64,000 bases of DNA from Desulfatiglandaceae bacterium (GCA_046498185.1 JAWOBE010000179.1:48583-112582), one strand, 5' to 3'. Shown: positions 37,815 to 47,953, counted from the stretch's first letter. Program-made: numbers and translations. The notes: a model not told the origin generated them from the sequence alone.

Positions 37815-39125
37815 ATGGACACAATCAACATCGGCATTATCGGATTCGGAACGGTCGGAGCAGGAACATATGAATTACTGACCAAAAACAGCGACCTTAT
37901 AACCCGAAAAGTCGGCGCTCCGGTGGTTGTGAAAAAAATCGCCGACCTGGATACTCAAACGGACAGGGGTGTTCCCGTAGACCCGGATCTTTTGACCACC
38001 CGAGCCTCGGAGATTATTCAGGATCCTGAAATAGATATAGTTGTCGAACTTATCGGTGGGACCGGCACGGCAGGAGAACTGATCCTGGAAGCGATGTCCA
38101 CCGGAAAGCATGTGGTAACCGCTAACAAGGCACTCTTGGCAACTCACGGCCGAACGCTTTACCAGAAGGCGATTGAATCAGGCGTGGGCTTCGCATTCGA
38201 GGCGAGCGTAGGAGGGGGCATCCCGATTCTAGGCGCATTGTGCACCGGGCTGTCAGGAAACCGTATTGAAACCGTTATGGGAATCCTCAACGGGACTTCC
38301 AACTACATACTGACCAAAATGTCGCGTGAAAGAGCGGCCTATAAAGATGTGGTAAAGGATGCTGTACAGCTGGGCTTCGCCGAAGATCCCCCGGATCTCG
38401 ATGTGAAGGGGATCGACACCGCACACAAATTGGCCATCATCAGCTCCATAATCCTCGGACGGTCAATCCCGCTGCAGGACATCCACTGCGAAGGAATAAC
38501 CTTCCTAACCCCCGACGACATTTACTTTGCGGGAGAATTCGGCTTCTGCATAAAATTGCTGGCAATAGCCAGGATAAAAGGCGACACGCTTGAAGCCAGG
38601 GTCCATCCCGCAATGATTCCGAGGTCACACATACTGGCGAACGTCCTCGACGCCTACAATGCCATATACCTTGAAGGTGACTTCGTGGGCCCGAACCTCT
38701 ATTACGGGTTGGGTGCCGGCCGAAAGCCCACAGCAAGCGCGGTGGTGGCCGACATAATAGATCTTTCACGCCGGATTCATTCCGGGGTCGGAGGGTTTCC
38801 GCCTCCGCTGAACCATGTCAAGCCGTCTGCTTCTCCTGTACAGATCAAACCCATCAATGAACATCAAGGACCGTACTATTTCAGATTTTCCGCGGTGGAC
38901 AGACCCGGAGTTCTATCCAAACTATCAGGAATCCTTGGTGAAAATGACATAAGCATCTATTCGGTGATACAAAAAGGACGAAACCTCAATGGATCGGTGC
39001 CTGTGGTAATCCTGACACATGAAGCGAGGGAACAGGATGTACAAAATGCGCTCAGTACGATTACCAGGCTTGAAGTTTTAACCGACACCCCGGTAATGAT
39101 ACGGGTGGAGGGATCAAACCAATAA
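37815..39125 (+). CDS. hom: Homoserine dehydrogenase (with a C-terminal ACT domain)
   Basis: Contains IGIIGFGTVG, TANKALLA and GILNGTSNYIL. Confidence 0.95.
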   Translation: MDTINIGIIGFGTVGAGTYELLTKNSDLITRKVGAPVVVKKIADLDTQTDRGVPVDPDLLTTRASEIIQDPEIDIVVELIGGTGTAGELILEAMSTGKHVVTANKALLATHGRTLYQKAIESGVGFAFEASVGGGIPILGALCTGLSGNRIETVMGILNGTSNYILTKMSRERAAYKDVVKDAVQLGFAEDPPDLDVKGIDTAHKLAIISSIILGRSIPLQDIHCEGITFLTPDDIYFAGEFGFCIKLLAIARIKGDTLEARVHPAMIPRSHILANVLDAYNAIYLEGDFVGPNLYYGLGAGRKPTASAVVADIIDLSRRIHSGVGGFPPPLNHVKPSASPVQIKPINEHQGPYYFRFSAVDRPGVLSKLSGILGENDISIYSVIQKGRNLNGSVPVVILTHEAREQDVQNALSTITRLEVLTDTPVMIRVEGSNQ

Positions 39126-39218
39126 AAAGCGAAACCTCTTCGCTGCCGCTCCCAGGTCAGGTGTTTACCTGGGTCGGATTTTTGCGACAACGAAGCCCGG
39201 TTTCCGGAAGGATGAAAC

Positions 39219-40418
39219 ATGAAATATGCTTTTCTGGTTGGTGATGGGATGGGGGATTACCCGTTGCCTGAACTCGATGGAAAAACTCCGCTCGAAGCTG
39301 CAGCGACCCCTAATATGGATCTTATCGCTTCATGCAGACTTGGACGTCTCCAGACGGTTCCCGAAGAGATGGAACCCGGCAGCGACGTCGCTAATCTTTC
39401 CCTTCTGGGTTACGATCCACGAAAGTACCATACAGGGCGATCCCCTTTCGAGGCAGCCAGCATGGGGGTGGATCTCGCTCCGGGGGAAGTGGCTTTCAGA
39501 ATGAACCTGGTAACGCTCGATATACAGTCCGAAAAACATATTCTTATGGTGAGCCACAGCGCCGGAGACCTCACGACCGCGGAAGGAGCTGCCCTGGTCA
39601 AAGCAATCGCGTCTTCAATCGATCTTCCCGGGGTCAGGTTTTTCCCCGGCATAGCCTACAGGCACCTCCTGACATGGCGTGACGGACCTCTTAAAATGGC
39701 TACACTGCCTCCACACGATTACCTGGACCGCAATATAGCCTCATATCTACTGACGGACGGGTCGGACCCGATCCCGGATCTGATCCGAAGGTCCTGGGAT
39801 ATATTGAAGGATCATCCGGTCAACTTGAAAAGAAGAAAACAGGGCTTGAAGGAGGCCAACAGCATGTGGCTCTGGGGCCAGGGTACGGCACCCGAATTGC
39901 CTTTCTTTAAAGACCTTTACGGCGTGTCCGGAGGCGTAATCTCGGCCGTAGACCTTATAAAAGGCATTGGGGTCTACGCCGGTCTGAAATCCATCCCTGT
40001 GGAGGGGGCAACCGGTTATCTGGATACCAATTATATCGGAAAAGGGAAACGTGCCGTCGATGCATTGAACAAACTAGATTTTATTTTCGTTCATGTCGAA
40101 GCGCCCGACGAAGCGTCCCACAACGGCCGCATCGACGAAAAAATTCGTGCAATAGAATCATTTGACCGGGATGTTGTCGGAACGGTGCTGAAAGGCCTTT
40201 CCGGTACCGGGGATTTTAAGGTGATGGTCGCAACCGATCACTATACGCCGATATCGAAACGCACCCATTCGACGGAACCTCCACCCTTTGCATGGGCTGA
40301 AGGCTCGGAATTGAAAAAAACGGCCGGTGAAAAAGGATTTAATGAAAAAAGTGCAGCCGAATCCGGTATGTTTTTCGACGTCGGCTTCGAAATGATGAAG
40401 GCATTTATTTCCGAATAG
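39219..40418 (+). CDS. Cofactor-independent phosphoglycerate mutase-like protein (ApgM family); possibly a non-canonical homoserine kinase
   Basis: N-terminus MKYAFLVGDGMGDYPLPELDGKTPLEAAATPNMD, then HVEAPDEASHNG, both typical of ApgM-like metalloenzymes. Confidence 0.8.
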   Translation: MKYAFLVGDGMGDYPLPELDGKTPLEAAATPNMDLIASCRLGRLQTVPEEMEPGSDVANLSLLGYDPRKYHTGRSPFEAASMGVDLAPGEVAFRMNLVTLDIQSEKHILMVSHSAGDLTTAEGAALVKAIASSIDLPGVRFFPGIAYRHLLTWRDGPLKMATLPPHDYLDRNIASYLLTDGSDPIPDLIRRSWDILKDHPVNLKRRKQGLKEANSMWLWGQGTAPELPFFKDLYGVSGGVISAVDLIKGIGVYAGLKSIPVEGATGYLDTNYIGKGKRAVDALNKLDFIFVHVEAPDEASHNGRIDEKIRAIESFDRDVVGTVLKGLSGTGDFKVMVATDHYTPISKRTHSTEPPPFAWAEGSELKKTAGEKGFNEKSAAESGMFFDVGFEMMKAFISE

Positions 40419-40458
40419 TCTGCCTGTGTGAAAACATGACAAAAAAGGAGTTGATGGA

Positions 40459-41157
40459 ATGAAGATTCTAATTTTCGGCCCCAATGGAAGCGGTAAAGGG
40501 ACACAAGGAACTGTGGTCAAGAACAGGTACGGAATTCCTCATATTGAAACCGGAGTTATTTTCCGCGAAAACATCTCAAAGGGCACCGATCTTGGAAAAG
40601 AGGCCAAAGATTATATCGACCGTGGGGAACTCGTCCCCGACAGAATAACAATCCCGATGATCCTGGATCGCCTCGGACGAGAAGACTGCAAGGACGGATG
40701 GCTCCTGGACGGCTTCCCCCGGAACCTGGCTCAAGCCGAGGCCCTTGATGCTGAACTTGATGAAAAAGGAATGTCGGTGGACGTCGTAATCGAGATCGTC
40801 CTCGACCGCCAGACTGCAAAGAATCGAATAATGGGACGGCGACTGTGCGTAAACGACAATAATCACCCAAACAACGTGTTCATAGACGCAATCAAGCCGA
40901 AGGACGGAAAATGCCGGGTTTGCGGAGGAGAACTGAAAACCAGGTCCGACGACCAGGACGAGGCGGCGATCGACCAACGTCACGGTATATATTACGACAC
41001 TGAAACCGGGACGATGGCCGCGGTGAATTATTTTAAAGATCGTTCCGCGCAAAACGGCGGAATCCCCGCAATCGTATCGGTGGATGGGAGTCCCGGTGTA
41101 AAGGAAGTCTCTTCGGAGCTCATTCAAAAGCTGGACGCGGTAGAAACTGGAAAATAA
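40459..41157 (+). CDS. adk: Adenylate kinase (long form with a Zn-type lid)
   Basis: Contains GPNGSGKGTQ, GELVPD, LLDGFPR and lid cysteines C...CRVCGG. Confidence 0.95.
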   Translation: MKILIFGPNGSGKGTQGTVVKNRYGIPHIETGVIFRENISKGTDLGKEAKDYIDRGELVPDRITIPMILDRLGREDCKDGWLLDGFPRNLAQAEALDAELDEKGMSVDVVIEIVLDRQTAKNRIMGRRLCVNDNNHPNNVFIDAIKPKDGKCRVCGGELKTRSDDQDEAAIDQRHGIYYDTETGTMAAVNYFKDRSAQNGGIPAIVSVDGSPGVKEVSSELIQKLDAVETGK

Positions 41158-41238
41158 TTTTTTACCTCGCCGATGCTCATGTCTTTCTCTGGATGACAAA
41201 ATAGAGTTTTTTTGAATTGTTACGCGGCAGTCAACGTT

Positions 41239-41263
41239 AAAAAAAGGGGAGCGCAAGCTCCCC
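41239..41263 (-). terminator. Rho-independent terminator downstream of tRNA-His
   Basis: The minus strand reads GGGGAGC-TTGC-GCTCCCC followed by TTTTTTT. Confidence 0.8.
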
Positions 41264-41276
41264 TGGAAAAAGCATA

Positions 41277-41353
41277 TGGGGTGAGTGAAGGGACTCGAAC
41301 CCTCGGCATCTGGGGCCACAACCCAGTGCTCTACCAACTGAGCTACACCCACC
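41277..41353 (-). tRNA. tRNA-His (anticodon GTG), CCA-encoded
   Basis: The reverse complement is GGTGGGTGTAGCTCAGTTGGTAGAGCACTGGGTTGTGGCCCCAGATGCCGAGGGTTCGAGTCCCTTCACTCACCCCA. It folds as a cloverleaf. It has the extra 5' G(-1) typical of tRNA-His and an anticodon loop TTGTGGC. Confidence 0.9.
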
Positions 41354-41434
41354 ATATGCAGATATTGATAACACATTTTCAGGATTTTGCAACAATCTTT
41401 ATATATCCCCTCTAATGCTATCTACGGGTTTCAG

Positions 41435-42856
41435 ATGATTTCGAACAAACAACTGATGTTTAGGAAAATTCCGGCCGTCGATAAACTCCTGTCTTCACAC
41501 CGTATTATCGAAGCTTCCAGGAAATTGCCCAGGCGGCTGCTGCATGAATCGCTCGACGAAATTTTATCCGAACTGCGAACCGCCATTCGAACGGAAGACG
41601 ACTTCGATCCGGCTCGTATCGATCCGGAAGCGATAACGGCCGCAGCCGCAGCCAGGGCGGAAGCCCGGGCGGAAGCAAGCCTGCAGCCGGTCGTCAACGC
41701 GACCGGAGTGGTGATACACACCAATCTGGGGAGATCACTGCTTTCGGAAAAAATCCTGGATAAATTCAAAGAGGTGGCGGCTCACTACACCAATCTCGAG
41801 TATAACCTCGACACCGGTAGGCGGGGCAGCAGGTATGTCCATGTCGAGGGCATACTGAAAGAATTGACCGGAGCCGAAGCCGCACTGGTAGTCAACAACA
41901 ACGCCGCTGCGGTTTTCATAGCGCTCGAGACACTTGCCAAGGGCCGGCAGGTGCTGGTTTCAAGGGGACAGCTGATCGAGATAGGTGGATCATTCCGGAT
42001 CCCCGACGTTATGGCCAGAAGCGGCGCGGTGATGGTGGAAGTTGGCACCACCAACAAAACACATCTCAAAGATTATCAGGACGCGATCAATGCGGAGACC
42101 GCCCTGCTGCTTAAAGTTCATACGAGCAACTTTAAAGTTGTTGGCTTCACTGAGGAAGTGCCTCTATCCGAACTGGTAAAACTCGGGAAACAACACGACG
42201 TCCCGGTGATGGAAGACCTGGGAAGCGGCTGCCTGGTGGATTTGACCGCATACGGACTCTTAAAAGAACCCCCGGTCACTGAAGTCATCGCCCAAGGGGC
42301 CGACGTGGTCACCTTCAGTGGCGACAAGCTGCTCGGAGGTCCTCAGGCCGGTATCATTCTTGGCAAAAAAGACATCCTGGATCGCATCAAAAAAAATCCG
42401 ATAAACAGGGCGGTTCGAATTGACAAACTCACGCTGGTCGCTCTCGAAGAAACTCTCCGCCTCTATAGAGACGAACCCTCGGCAGTCAGAGAAATCCCGA
42501 CATTAAAGATGCTTTTCGAACCTTACAGCGCGCTTGCCGAAAAAGCCTTAAAATTGACCGAATCGATTGGTGAAATTCCGACGGATAATTTCAAGCTCTC
42601 CCTTGTAGACGGGATGTCAAAACCAGGAGGTGGCTCTCTTCCTCAGGTCGAGCTTCCCAGCAGACTTATCTGTCTTGAGCCCAAGGCGATGTCCGCAACC
42701 GATATTGAAACCCGCCTCAGGGCAAATAATCCGCCTGTAATTTCCCGGGTCGAAAAAGATCACGTGCTGCTCGATGTACGCACACTCCAACATTCAGATG
42801 CGGCCATCATCATAAAAGCCGTCCGCAGACTTGCAAACGAGAATCACCCGCGATGA
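41435..42856 (+). CDS. selA: L-seryl-tRNA(Sec) selenium transferase
   Basis: Contains IPAVDKLL, VVNATGVVIHTNLGRS and FSGDKLLGGPQAGIILGKK (PLP-lysine region). The start could be ATG 41435 or 41456. Confidence 0.9.
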   Translation: MISNKQLMFRKIPAVDKLLSSHRIIEASRKLPRRLLHESLDEILSELRTAIRTEDDFDPARIDPEAITAAAAARAEARAEASLQPVVNATGVVIHTNLGRSLLSEKILDKFKEVAAHYTNLEYNLDTGRRGSRYVHVEGILKELTGAEAALVVNNNAAAVFIALETLAKGRQVLVSRGQLIEIGGSFRIPDVMARSGAVMVEVGTTNKTHLKDYQDAINAETALLLKVHTSNFKVVGFTEEVPLSELVKLGKQHDVPVMEDLGSGCLVDLTAYGLLKEPPVTEVIAQGADVVTFSGDKLLGGPQAGIILGKKDILDRIKKNPINRAVRIDKLTLVALEETLRLYRDEPSAVREIPTLKMLFEPYSALAEKALKLTESIGEIPTDNFKLSLVDGMSKPGGGSLPQVELPSRLICLEPKAMSATDIETRLRANNPPVISRVEKDHVLLDVRTLQHSDAAIIIKAVRRLANENHPR

Positions 42857-42871
42857 TTAATTATACAGGCG

Positions 42872-42914
42872 AAAAAAATGCCGCCGGGTAACTGAAATTG
42901 TCAACCCCGGCGGC
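42872..42914 (-). terminator. Rho-independent terminator candidate downstream of hup
   Basis: A 9-bp stem GCCGCCGGG/CCCGGCGGC with a 17-nt loop, followed on the minus strand by ATTTTTTTC. Confidence 0.55.
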
Positions 42915-42957
42915 GTCGGCGATGCCAGGGGCTTCGTCACAATCCCCAAAGCCTCGA

Positions 42958-43227
42958 TTAAAGTTTTTCCTTGAGTGCCTTGCCTGCACGGAAGCGCACC
43001 ACTTTGCTGGCCTTTATTTTGATCGTTTCCCCTGTCTGGGGGTTCCGCCCCTTCCGTGCCTTTCGCTTGGAAACCACGAAGGATCCGAACCCGGCAATAG
43101 CCAGTTTGCCGTCTTTCTTGAGTGTCTTTTTGGCCACATCAACGAAAGCATTCAGAGCCTTTTCGGAATCCGCTTTCGTCAACCCGCTTGTCTGTGCAAT
43201 TTCGGCTATCAATTCGGCTTTGGTCAT
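42958..43227 (-). CDS. hup: HU-family DNA-binding protein
   Basis: Reads MTKAELIAEIA...GFGSF...RKGRNPQTGE. Confidence 0.95.
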   Translation of the reverse strand: MTKAELIAEIAQTSGLTKADSEKALNAFVDVAKKTLKKDGKLAIAGFGSFVVSKRKARKGRNPQTGETIKIKASKVVRFRAGKALKEKL

Positions 43228-43499
43228 GACGTCCCCCTTTAGCTAATATGGTTTTACTTCCCTATAGGCCGTCTCCGGGCCGCTTTCCAAAAACCGGCGC
43301 CCATCGCCGGCAAAAAGGCCAGCATCTTTCTCACCAAAGAAATGCGGCGGAAAACGGTTACCGGAATCTAAAAAGAGAAACAAAACTTATCTAGCATGAC
43401 GATTTTACAATTTCAATAAAAAATAAACCTCTACCGCCGCATTGGTGCAGATTTCCTGCTCGCGTGGGCCTTTTTATATGCTTATTTTATCATGGCACG

Positions 43500-43528
43500 T
43501 TGACAAAACCTTGTCCAGGCAGTACTTT
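43500..43528 (+). promoter_or_regulatory. Sigma-70-type promoter candidate for gmhA
   Basis: TTGACA, a 17-nt spacer, then TACTTT. It shares a 15-mer with the trxA promoter candidate. Confidence 0.4.
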
Positions 43529-43572
43529 TTTAATTCAAGACTTCATTTTTCGGAGACAAAACAAAAATCCTA

Positions 43573-44178
43573 ATGGAAAAAATAATCGAAAAAATATTTG
43601 AGGACAGCATCCGCTTGAAACAGGTTTTTCTACGGGATAACACCGCAAAGATGGTCAAGCTGGCTGAAAAAGTGGCATCAGCGTTCGCCGGAGACCGCAA
43701 GTTGATGATCTGCGGCAACGGGGGCAGCGCCGCGGACAGCCAGCATATAGCAGCCGAGTTCATCAACCGGTATAGGATAGAACGGCCTCCCCTGCCGGCG
43801 ATGGCATTGACTACCGATACATCGGTTATTACTTCCATCGGGAATGACTATTCGTTCGTTTCTGTTTTCTCCAAACAGGTAAAAGCTCTTGGAATTGAAG
43901 GTGACGTTCTGCTTGCCTTGAGTACGAGTGGCAGCTCGGAAAACGTTCACCAGGCTGTTTTGGACGCAAGAGCGCTTGGGCTTTATACCGCTGCCTTTCT
44001 CGGCGGAGGCGGAGGCAGCATCGCCGATGTGGTGGATTTGGCGGTTGTGGTAAAAAGCAAAGACACGCCCAGGATACAGGAAGTACACATCACGGCCGGG
44101 CACGCATTGTGCCACCTGGTCGACCACCTTCTTTTCAGTGAACCTGGACTGGACTATATAAACGATTTAGACCAATGA
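43573..44178 (+). CDS. gmhA: SIS-domain phosphoheptose isomerase (GmhA/DiaA family)
   Basis: Contains CGNGGSAADSQHIAAE and STSGSSENV. Confidence 0.85.
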   Translation: MEKIIEKIFEDSIRLKQVFLRDNTAKMVKLAEKVASAFAGDRKLMICGNGGSAADSQHIAAEFINRYRIERPPLPAMALTTDTSVITSIGNDYSFVSVFSKQVKALGIEGDVLLALSTSGSSENVHQAVLDARALGLYTAAFLGGGGGSIADVVDLAVVVKSKDTPRIQEVHITAGHALCHLVDHLLFSEPGLDYINDLDQ

Positions 44179-45131
44179 CGGAAATAAATCCTATATCCTT
44201 CAACGGCGTCAAATGCCACCACATTCATGAGCGAAAAAGCACCGTCAACATAAAGCATTTTGGGAAACCGTGGCAGGTGGGCGAAAGTTTTTTCAGGTGG
44301 CTTGAATTTCTGCCCCGGATTCTGGGCTCCGGCGATTTTATTGAAGTCGCCGAAAGGGTGAGCGATGCCGCCGCGAACGGAAAAACCGTTCTTCTTGGGA
44401 TGGGTGCGCATCCCGTCAAAGTCGGGATAAGCCCGGTTATCATAGAGCTGATGCGACGGAAGATACTGAGTGGAATCGCGATGAACGGTGCATGTGCAAT
44501 ACATGATACCGAAATTGCCATGGTCGGCTGCACTTCCGAAGACGTCGCGGCATCCCTTGATTCCGGCGATTTCGGCATGGCCGAGGAAACCGGGGCGTTT
44601 ATCAATGAAGCTATTTCCCGTGCTGCCCGGACAAACCGCGGCCTAGGTGCTTCACTGGGTGAAATGCTTTCATCCGAAGGCTTCCCCTATAATCGATCGA
44701 GCATCCTGGCATCCGCGCACGAGATGGGTTTACCGGTTACGATTCATGTGGCGATCGGCACAGATATCATCCACATGCATCCGTCCGCCGACGGCGCGGC
44801 TACCGGCGCCGCCTCCCACCTGGATTTCAGGCGTTTCGCCGCAGAGGTTTCGACCCTCGAGCACGGAGTTTTCATCAACCTGGGATCCGCTGTGATCATG
44901 CCCGAAGTTTTTCTGAAAGCTTTAAGCGTGGTTAGAAATCTTGGGCATGAGGTTACCGACATGACCACCGTCAACATGGATTTCATTAAGCAATACAGGC
45001 CGCTTACAAACGTTGTAAATCGGCCCACTCAACATGGCGGCAAAGGTTACAACCTGGTGGGCCATCATGAAATTATGTTTCCGCTGCTTGCTGCGGCGGT
45101 TATGGAATTTCTCGAACAACGAAGGAGATAA
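44175..45131 (+). CDS. Conserved hypothetical protein (possibly a deoxyhypusine-synthase-like fold); translationally coupled to gmhA
   Basis: A clean 318-aa ORF whose ATGA start overlaps the gmhA stop. The GMGAHPVKVG...NGACAIHD...HVAIGTDIIHMHP pattern is only vaguely familiar, so I assign no function. Confidence 0.6.
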   Translation: MTEINPISFNGVKCHHIHERKSTVNIKHFGKPWQVGESFFRWLEFLPRILGSGDFIEVAERVSDAAANGKTVLLGMGAHPVKVGISPVIIELMRRKILSGIAMNGACAIHDTEIAMVGCTSEDVAASLDSGDFGMAEETGAFINEAISRAARTNRGLGASLGEMLSSEGFPYNRSSILASAHEMGLPVTIHVAIGTDIIHMHPSADGAATGAASHLDFRRFAAEVSTLEHGVFINLGSAVIMPEVFLKALSVVRNLGHEVTDMTTVNMDFIKQYRPLTNVVNRPTQHGGKGYNLVGHHEIMFPLLAAAVMEFLEQRRR

Positions 45132-45137
45132 AACAAT

Positions 45138-45356
45138 ATGCCTCTTTATGAATATAAATGTACAAAATGCAATGAGCAATTTGAAGTACTGCTTCTAAAA
45201 CAGGATGAAACTGTAACCTGCCCCCGCTGTAAAGCCGGAGACGTTGAGAAGTTGATGTCTTCATGCGCGGTCAAAAGCGGTGGAAATTTCGCTCCCGCCA
45301 CCGGTTCATCCGGCTGCACCTCCTGCAGCGGCGGCAATTGCAGCACCTGTCATTAA
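45138..45356 (+). CDS. FmdB-family zinc-ribbon protein
   Basis: N-terminus reads MPLYEYKCTKCNEQFEVL...CPRC, and the tail is Cys-rich. Confidence 0.85.
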   Translation: MPLYEYKCTKCNEQFEVLLLKQDETVTCPRCKAGDVEKLMSSCAVKSGGNFAPATGSSGCTSCSGGNCSTCH

Positions 45357-45401
45357 AACCGGCTTCGGAGGATATTATTCTTCGATGCTCCGTTTTTCGA
45401 G

Positions 45402-45902
45402 ATGCCTGTGTTCAGAGTTGGATTCGGATATGATGTCCACAAGTTGATCTCCGGCAGGCCCCTGATACTGGGAGGGGTCACAATACCCCACAACGCCGGC
45501 CTGGAGGGCCATTCGGACGCCGACGTTCTCACCCACGCTGTGATTGATGCACTTTTCGGTGCCCTTGCACTAGGGGATATCGGCAGCCATTTCCCGGACA
45601 CAGATCCTACCTACAAAGGCTGCAGCAGCATCGGACTGCTCGAAACAGCTGCAGGCATGCTCCGCCGGCGTGGATGGTATGTCAACAATCTGGACACAAC
45701 GATATGCGCCCAGGCTCCGAAAGTAGTTCCTTTCATTTTTCGGATGCGGCGCAATCTGGCCGACGCGATGGACGTGGAGCCCGGACGTATAAGCGTAAAA
45801 GCCACGACCACCGAAAGTCTAGGTTTCGTCGGGCGTATTGAAGGGATAGCCTCATATGCGGTAGTTTCAGTGATCAACCCCAGTCCGAACGGAGTGGCCT
45901 GA
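45402..45902 (+). CDS. ispF: 2-C-methyl-D-erythritol 2,4-cyclodiphosphate synthase
   Basis: Contains [22 protein letters not shown] and [12 protein letters not shown]. Confidence 0.95.
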   Translation: MPVFRVGFGYDVHKLISGRPLILGGVTIPHNAGLEGHSDADVLTHAVIDALFGALALGDIGSHFPDTDPTYKGCSSIGLLETAAGMLRRRGWYVNNLDTTICAQAPKVVPFIFRMRRNLADAMDVEPGRISVKATTTESLGFVGRIEGIASYAVVSVINPSPNGVA

Positions 45903-45906
45903 AGAC

Positions 45907-47919
45907 ATGCCCCCAGAGCCCCCGGTTTTTAACCTGGTTTCGGACTTTTCGTTGTGCGGTGACCAACCAGCCGCGGTCGAAACACTTGCGGGAAGTATAT
46001 CCGGAGGAAACGCCCACCAAGTGCTGCTAGGGGTGACCGGGTCGGGAAAAACCTTCACCATGGCCCATATAATCGCCAGGGTCCGGAAGCCTACGTTGGT
46101 CATAGCTCCGAACAAAACCCTGGCGGCACAGCTTTTTGGAGAATTAAGGAGGTTTTTCCCTGCGAACGCCGTAGAATATTTCGTAAGTTACTATGATTAT
46201 TATCAGCCGGAAGCCTATATCCCCCAATCCGATACGTACATTCAAAAGGACGCCTCCATAAACGAACGCATAGACAAGATGCGCCACGCGGCCACACGCG
46301 CCCTGTTGGACAGAGATGACGTGATAATCGTAGCCAGCGTTTCGTGCATCTACGGACTGGGTTCACCCGAAATTTACCATGACATGCTTCTTTATGTGGA
46401 ACAGGGCGCGGAGATTGCCAGAGACGACGTAATCGCAAAGCTCGTCGATATCCAATATGAACGAGGAGAAATGGACTTTTACCGTGGCAGGTTCCGGGTC
46501 CGCGGCGATGTCCTGGACATATATCCAGCCCACGAAGAGGACAAGGCGGTCCGTATCGGTTTTTTTGGAGACCGGATCGAATCGATACATGAAATAGATC
46601 CGCTTACCGGCAGAACAATTAGAGAGCTCGGCCGTATTGCAGTATACCCTGCAAGCCATTACGTGACCACCACCGAGGTCCGGGAAAAAGCCGTGGAAGC
46701 TATTCGCGAAGAACTTACCGGCAGGCTCGATAAATTGAGGTCTCGGGGTATGTTGATGGAGGCCCAGCGACTGGAGGAGCGGACCTTGTTCGACCTGGAG
46801 ATGATGGTCGAGATGGGTTATTGTCACGGAATCGAAAATTATTCCAGGCATCTCACCGGCCGACCGGAGGGTGCGCCTCCACCGACGCTTCTCGACTATT
46901 TCCCCAATGATTTTATGGTAATAATTGATGAGAGCCATATAACGGTACCCCAAATCTTCGGCATGTACCGCGGTGACCGTTCCAGGAAAGAAACTCTCGT
47001 AGAGCATGGCTTCCGCCTCCCCTCTGCGCTGGACAACCGGCCGTTGACATTCGAAGAGTTTATGGAGACAGTCCCCCGGGTTCTGTATGTGTCGGCGACT
47101 CCCGGTCCCTATGAACTGTCTCGGCAGACGGTGCTGGCCGAACAAATCATCAGGCCGACCGGTTTGATGGATCCGGAGATACTGGTGAGGCCTGCAGTAA
47201 CACAGGTGGACGACCTTCTGGGCCTGGTCAGGGAACGTGTGGAACGTAACGAACGGGTGCTGGTGACAACGCTTACGAAAGCGAGCGCCGAAGACCTTAC
47301 CGAGTATTACAGCGGCCTGGGTGTCAGGGTCAGATATCTTCACTCGGACATAAAAACCATTGAACGCATGGAAATCTTGAGAGATCTCAGGCTCGGGGTA
47401 TTCGACGTGCTGGTGGGCATCAATCTACTTCGCGAAGGACTTGATTTGCCGGAAGTCTCACTGGTGGCGATACTGGATGCCGACAAAGAGGGATTCCTCC
47501 GTTCCGAGAGATCCCTGATACAGACATGCGGCCGGGCTGCCAGGAACATTAACGGCACCGTCGTACTTTATGCGGACCGGATAACCGGTTCGATGGCCGC
47601 TGCGATAGAGGAAAGCAACAGGCGTCGAAGCATACAGAGTGAATACAACCGTAAACACGGGATTACTCCGGCGACGATAATCAAAAACATCGAAGACGAT
47701 TTCGGCGCACTATATGAGGCTGATTATGTAAAAGCTCCGGCTGCAGCGGAAACGGCGGCCCGCTATTCTTCGCTCGAAGATCTGGATGCGGAGCTCGCAG
47801 CACTCATAATTCGAATGAAGGAGGCCGCCTCGCATCTGGCCTTCGAGGAAGCCGCTGTTTTAAGGGACAGGATACGGGAAATCGAGAAGCAACGCTTTGA
47901 AATAGTGACGCTGTCATAA
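45907..47919 (+). CDS. uvrB: Excinuclease ABC subunit B
   Basis: Contains [20 protein letters not shown] and a C-terminal UVR domain. Confidence 0.95.
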   Translation: MPPEPPVFNLVSDFSLCGDQPAAVETLAGSISGGNAHQVLLGVTGSGKTFTMAHIIARVRKPTLVIAPNKTLAAQLFGELRRFFPANAVEYFVSYYDYYQPEAYIPQSDTYIQKDASINERIDKMRHAATRALLDRDDVIIVASVSCIYGLGSPEIYHDMLLYVEQGAEIARDDVIAKLVDIQYERGEMDFYRGRFRVRGDVLDIYPAHEEDKAVRIGFFGDRIESIHEIDPLTGRTIRELGRIAVYPASHYVTTTEVREKAVEAIREELTGRLDKLRSRGMLMEAQRLEERTLFDLEMMVEMGYCHGIENYSRHLTGRPEGAPPPTLLDYFPNDFMVIIDESHITVPQIFGMYRGDRSRKETLVEHGFRLPSALDNRPLTFEEFMETVPRVLYVSATPGPYELSRQTVLAEQIIRPTGLMDPEILVRPAVTQVDDLLGLVRERVERNERVLVTTLTKASAEDLTEYYSGLGVRVRYLHSDIKTIERMEILRDLRLGVFDVLVGINLLREGLDLPEVSLVAILDADKEGFLRSERSLIQTCGRAARNINGTVVLYADRITGSMAAAIEESNRRRSIQSEYNRKHGITPATIIKNIEDDFGALYEADYVKAPAAAETAARYSSLEDLDAELAALIIRMKEAASHLAFEEAAVLRDRIREIEKQRFEIVTLS

Positions 47920-47953
47920 GCCCGGCCGGTCCCCTTCCAGGTAGTATTTTGAC

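Noticed and set aside
41158-42957. Search for tRNA-Sec (selC) next to selA.
   Set aside because: Only the tRNA-His cloverleaf (41277-41353) is present. The remaining flanking sequence shows no long-acceptor, long-variable-arm tRNA-like structure by eye.
43493-43508. TGGCAC hexamer upstream of gmhA as a sigma-54 -24 element.
   Set aside because: No TTGC element follows at the required spacing (the sequence reads TGGCAC-GTTGA-CAAAA). The hexamer overlaps a sigma-70 -35 region instead.
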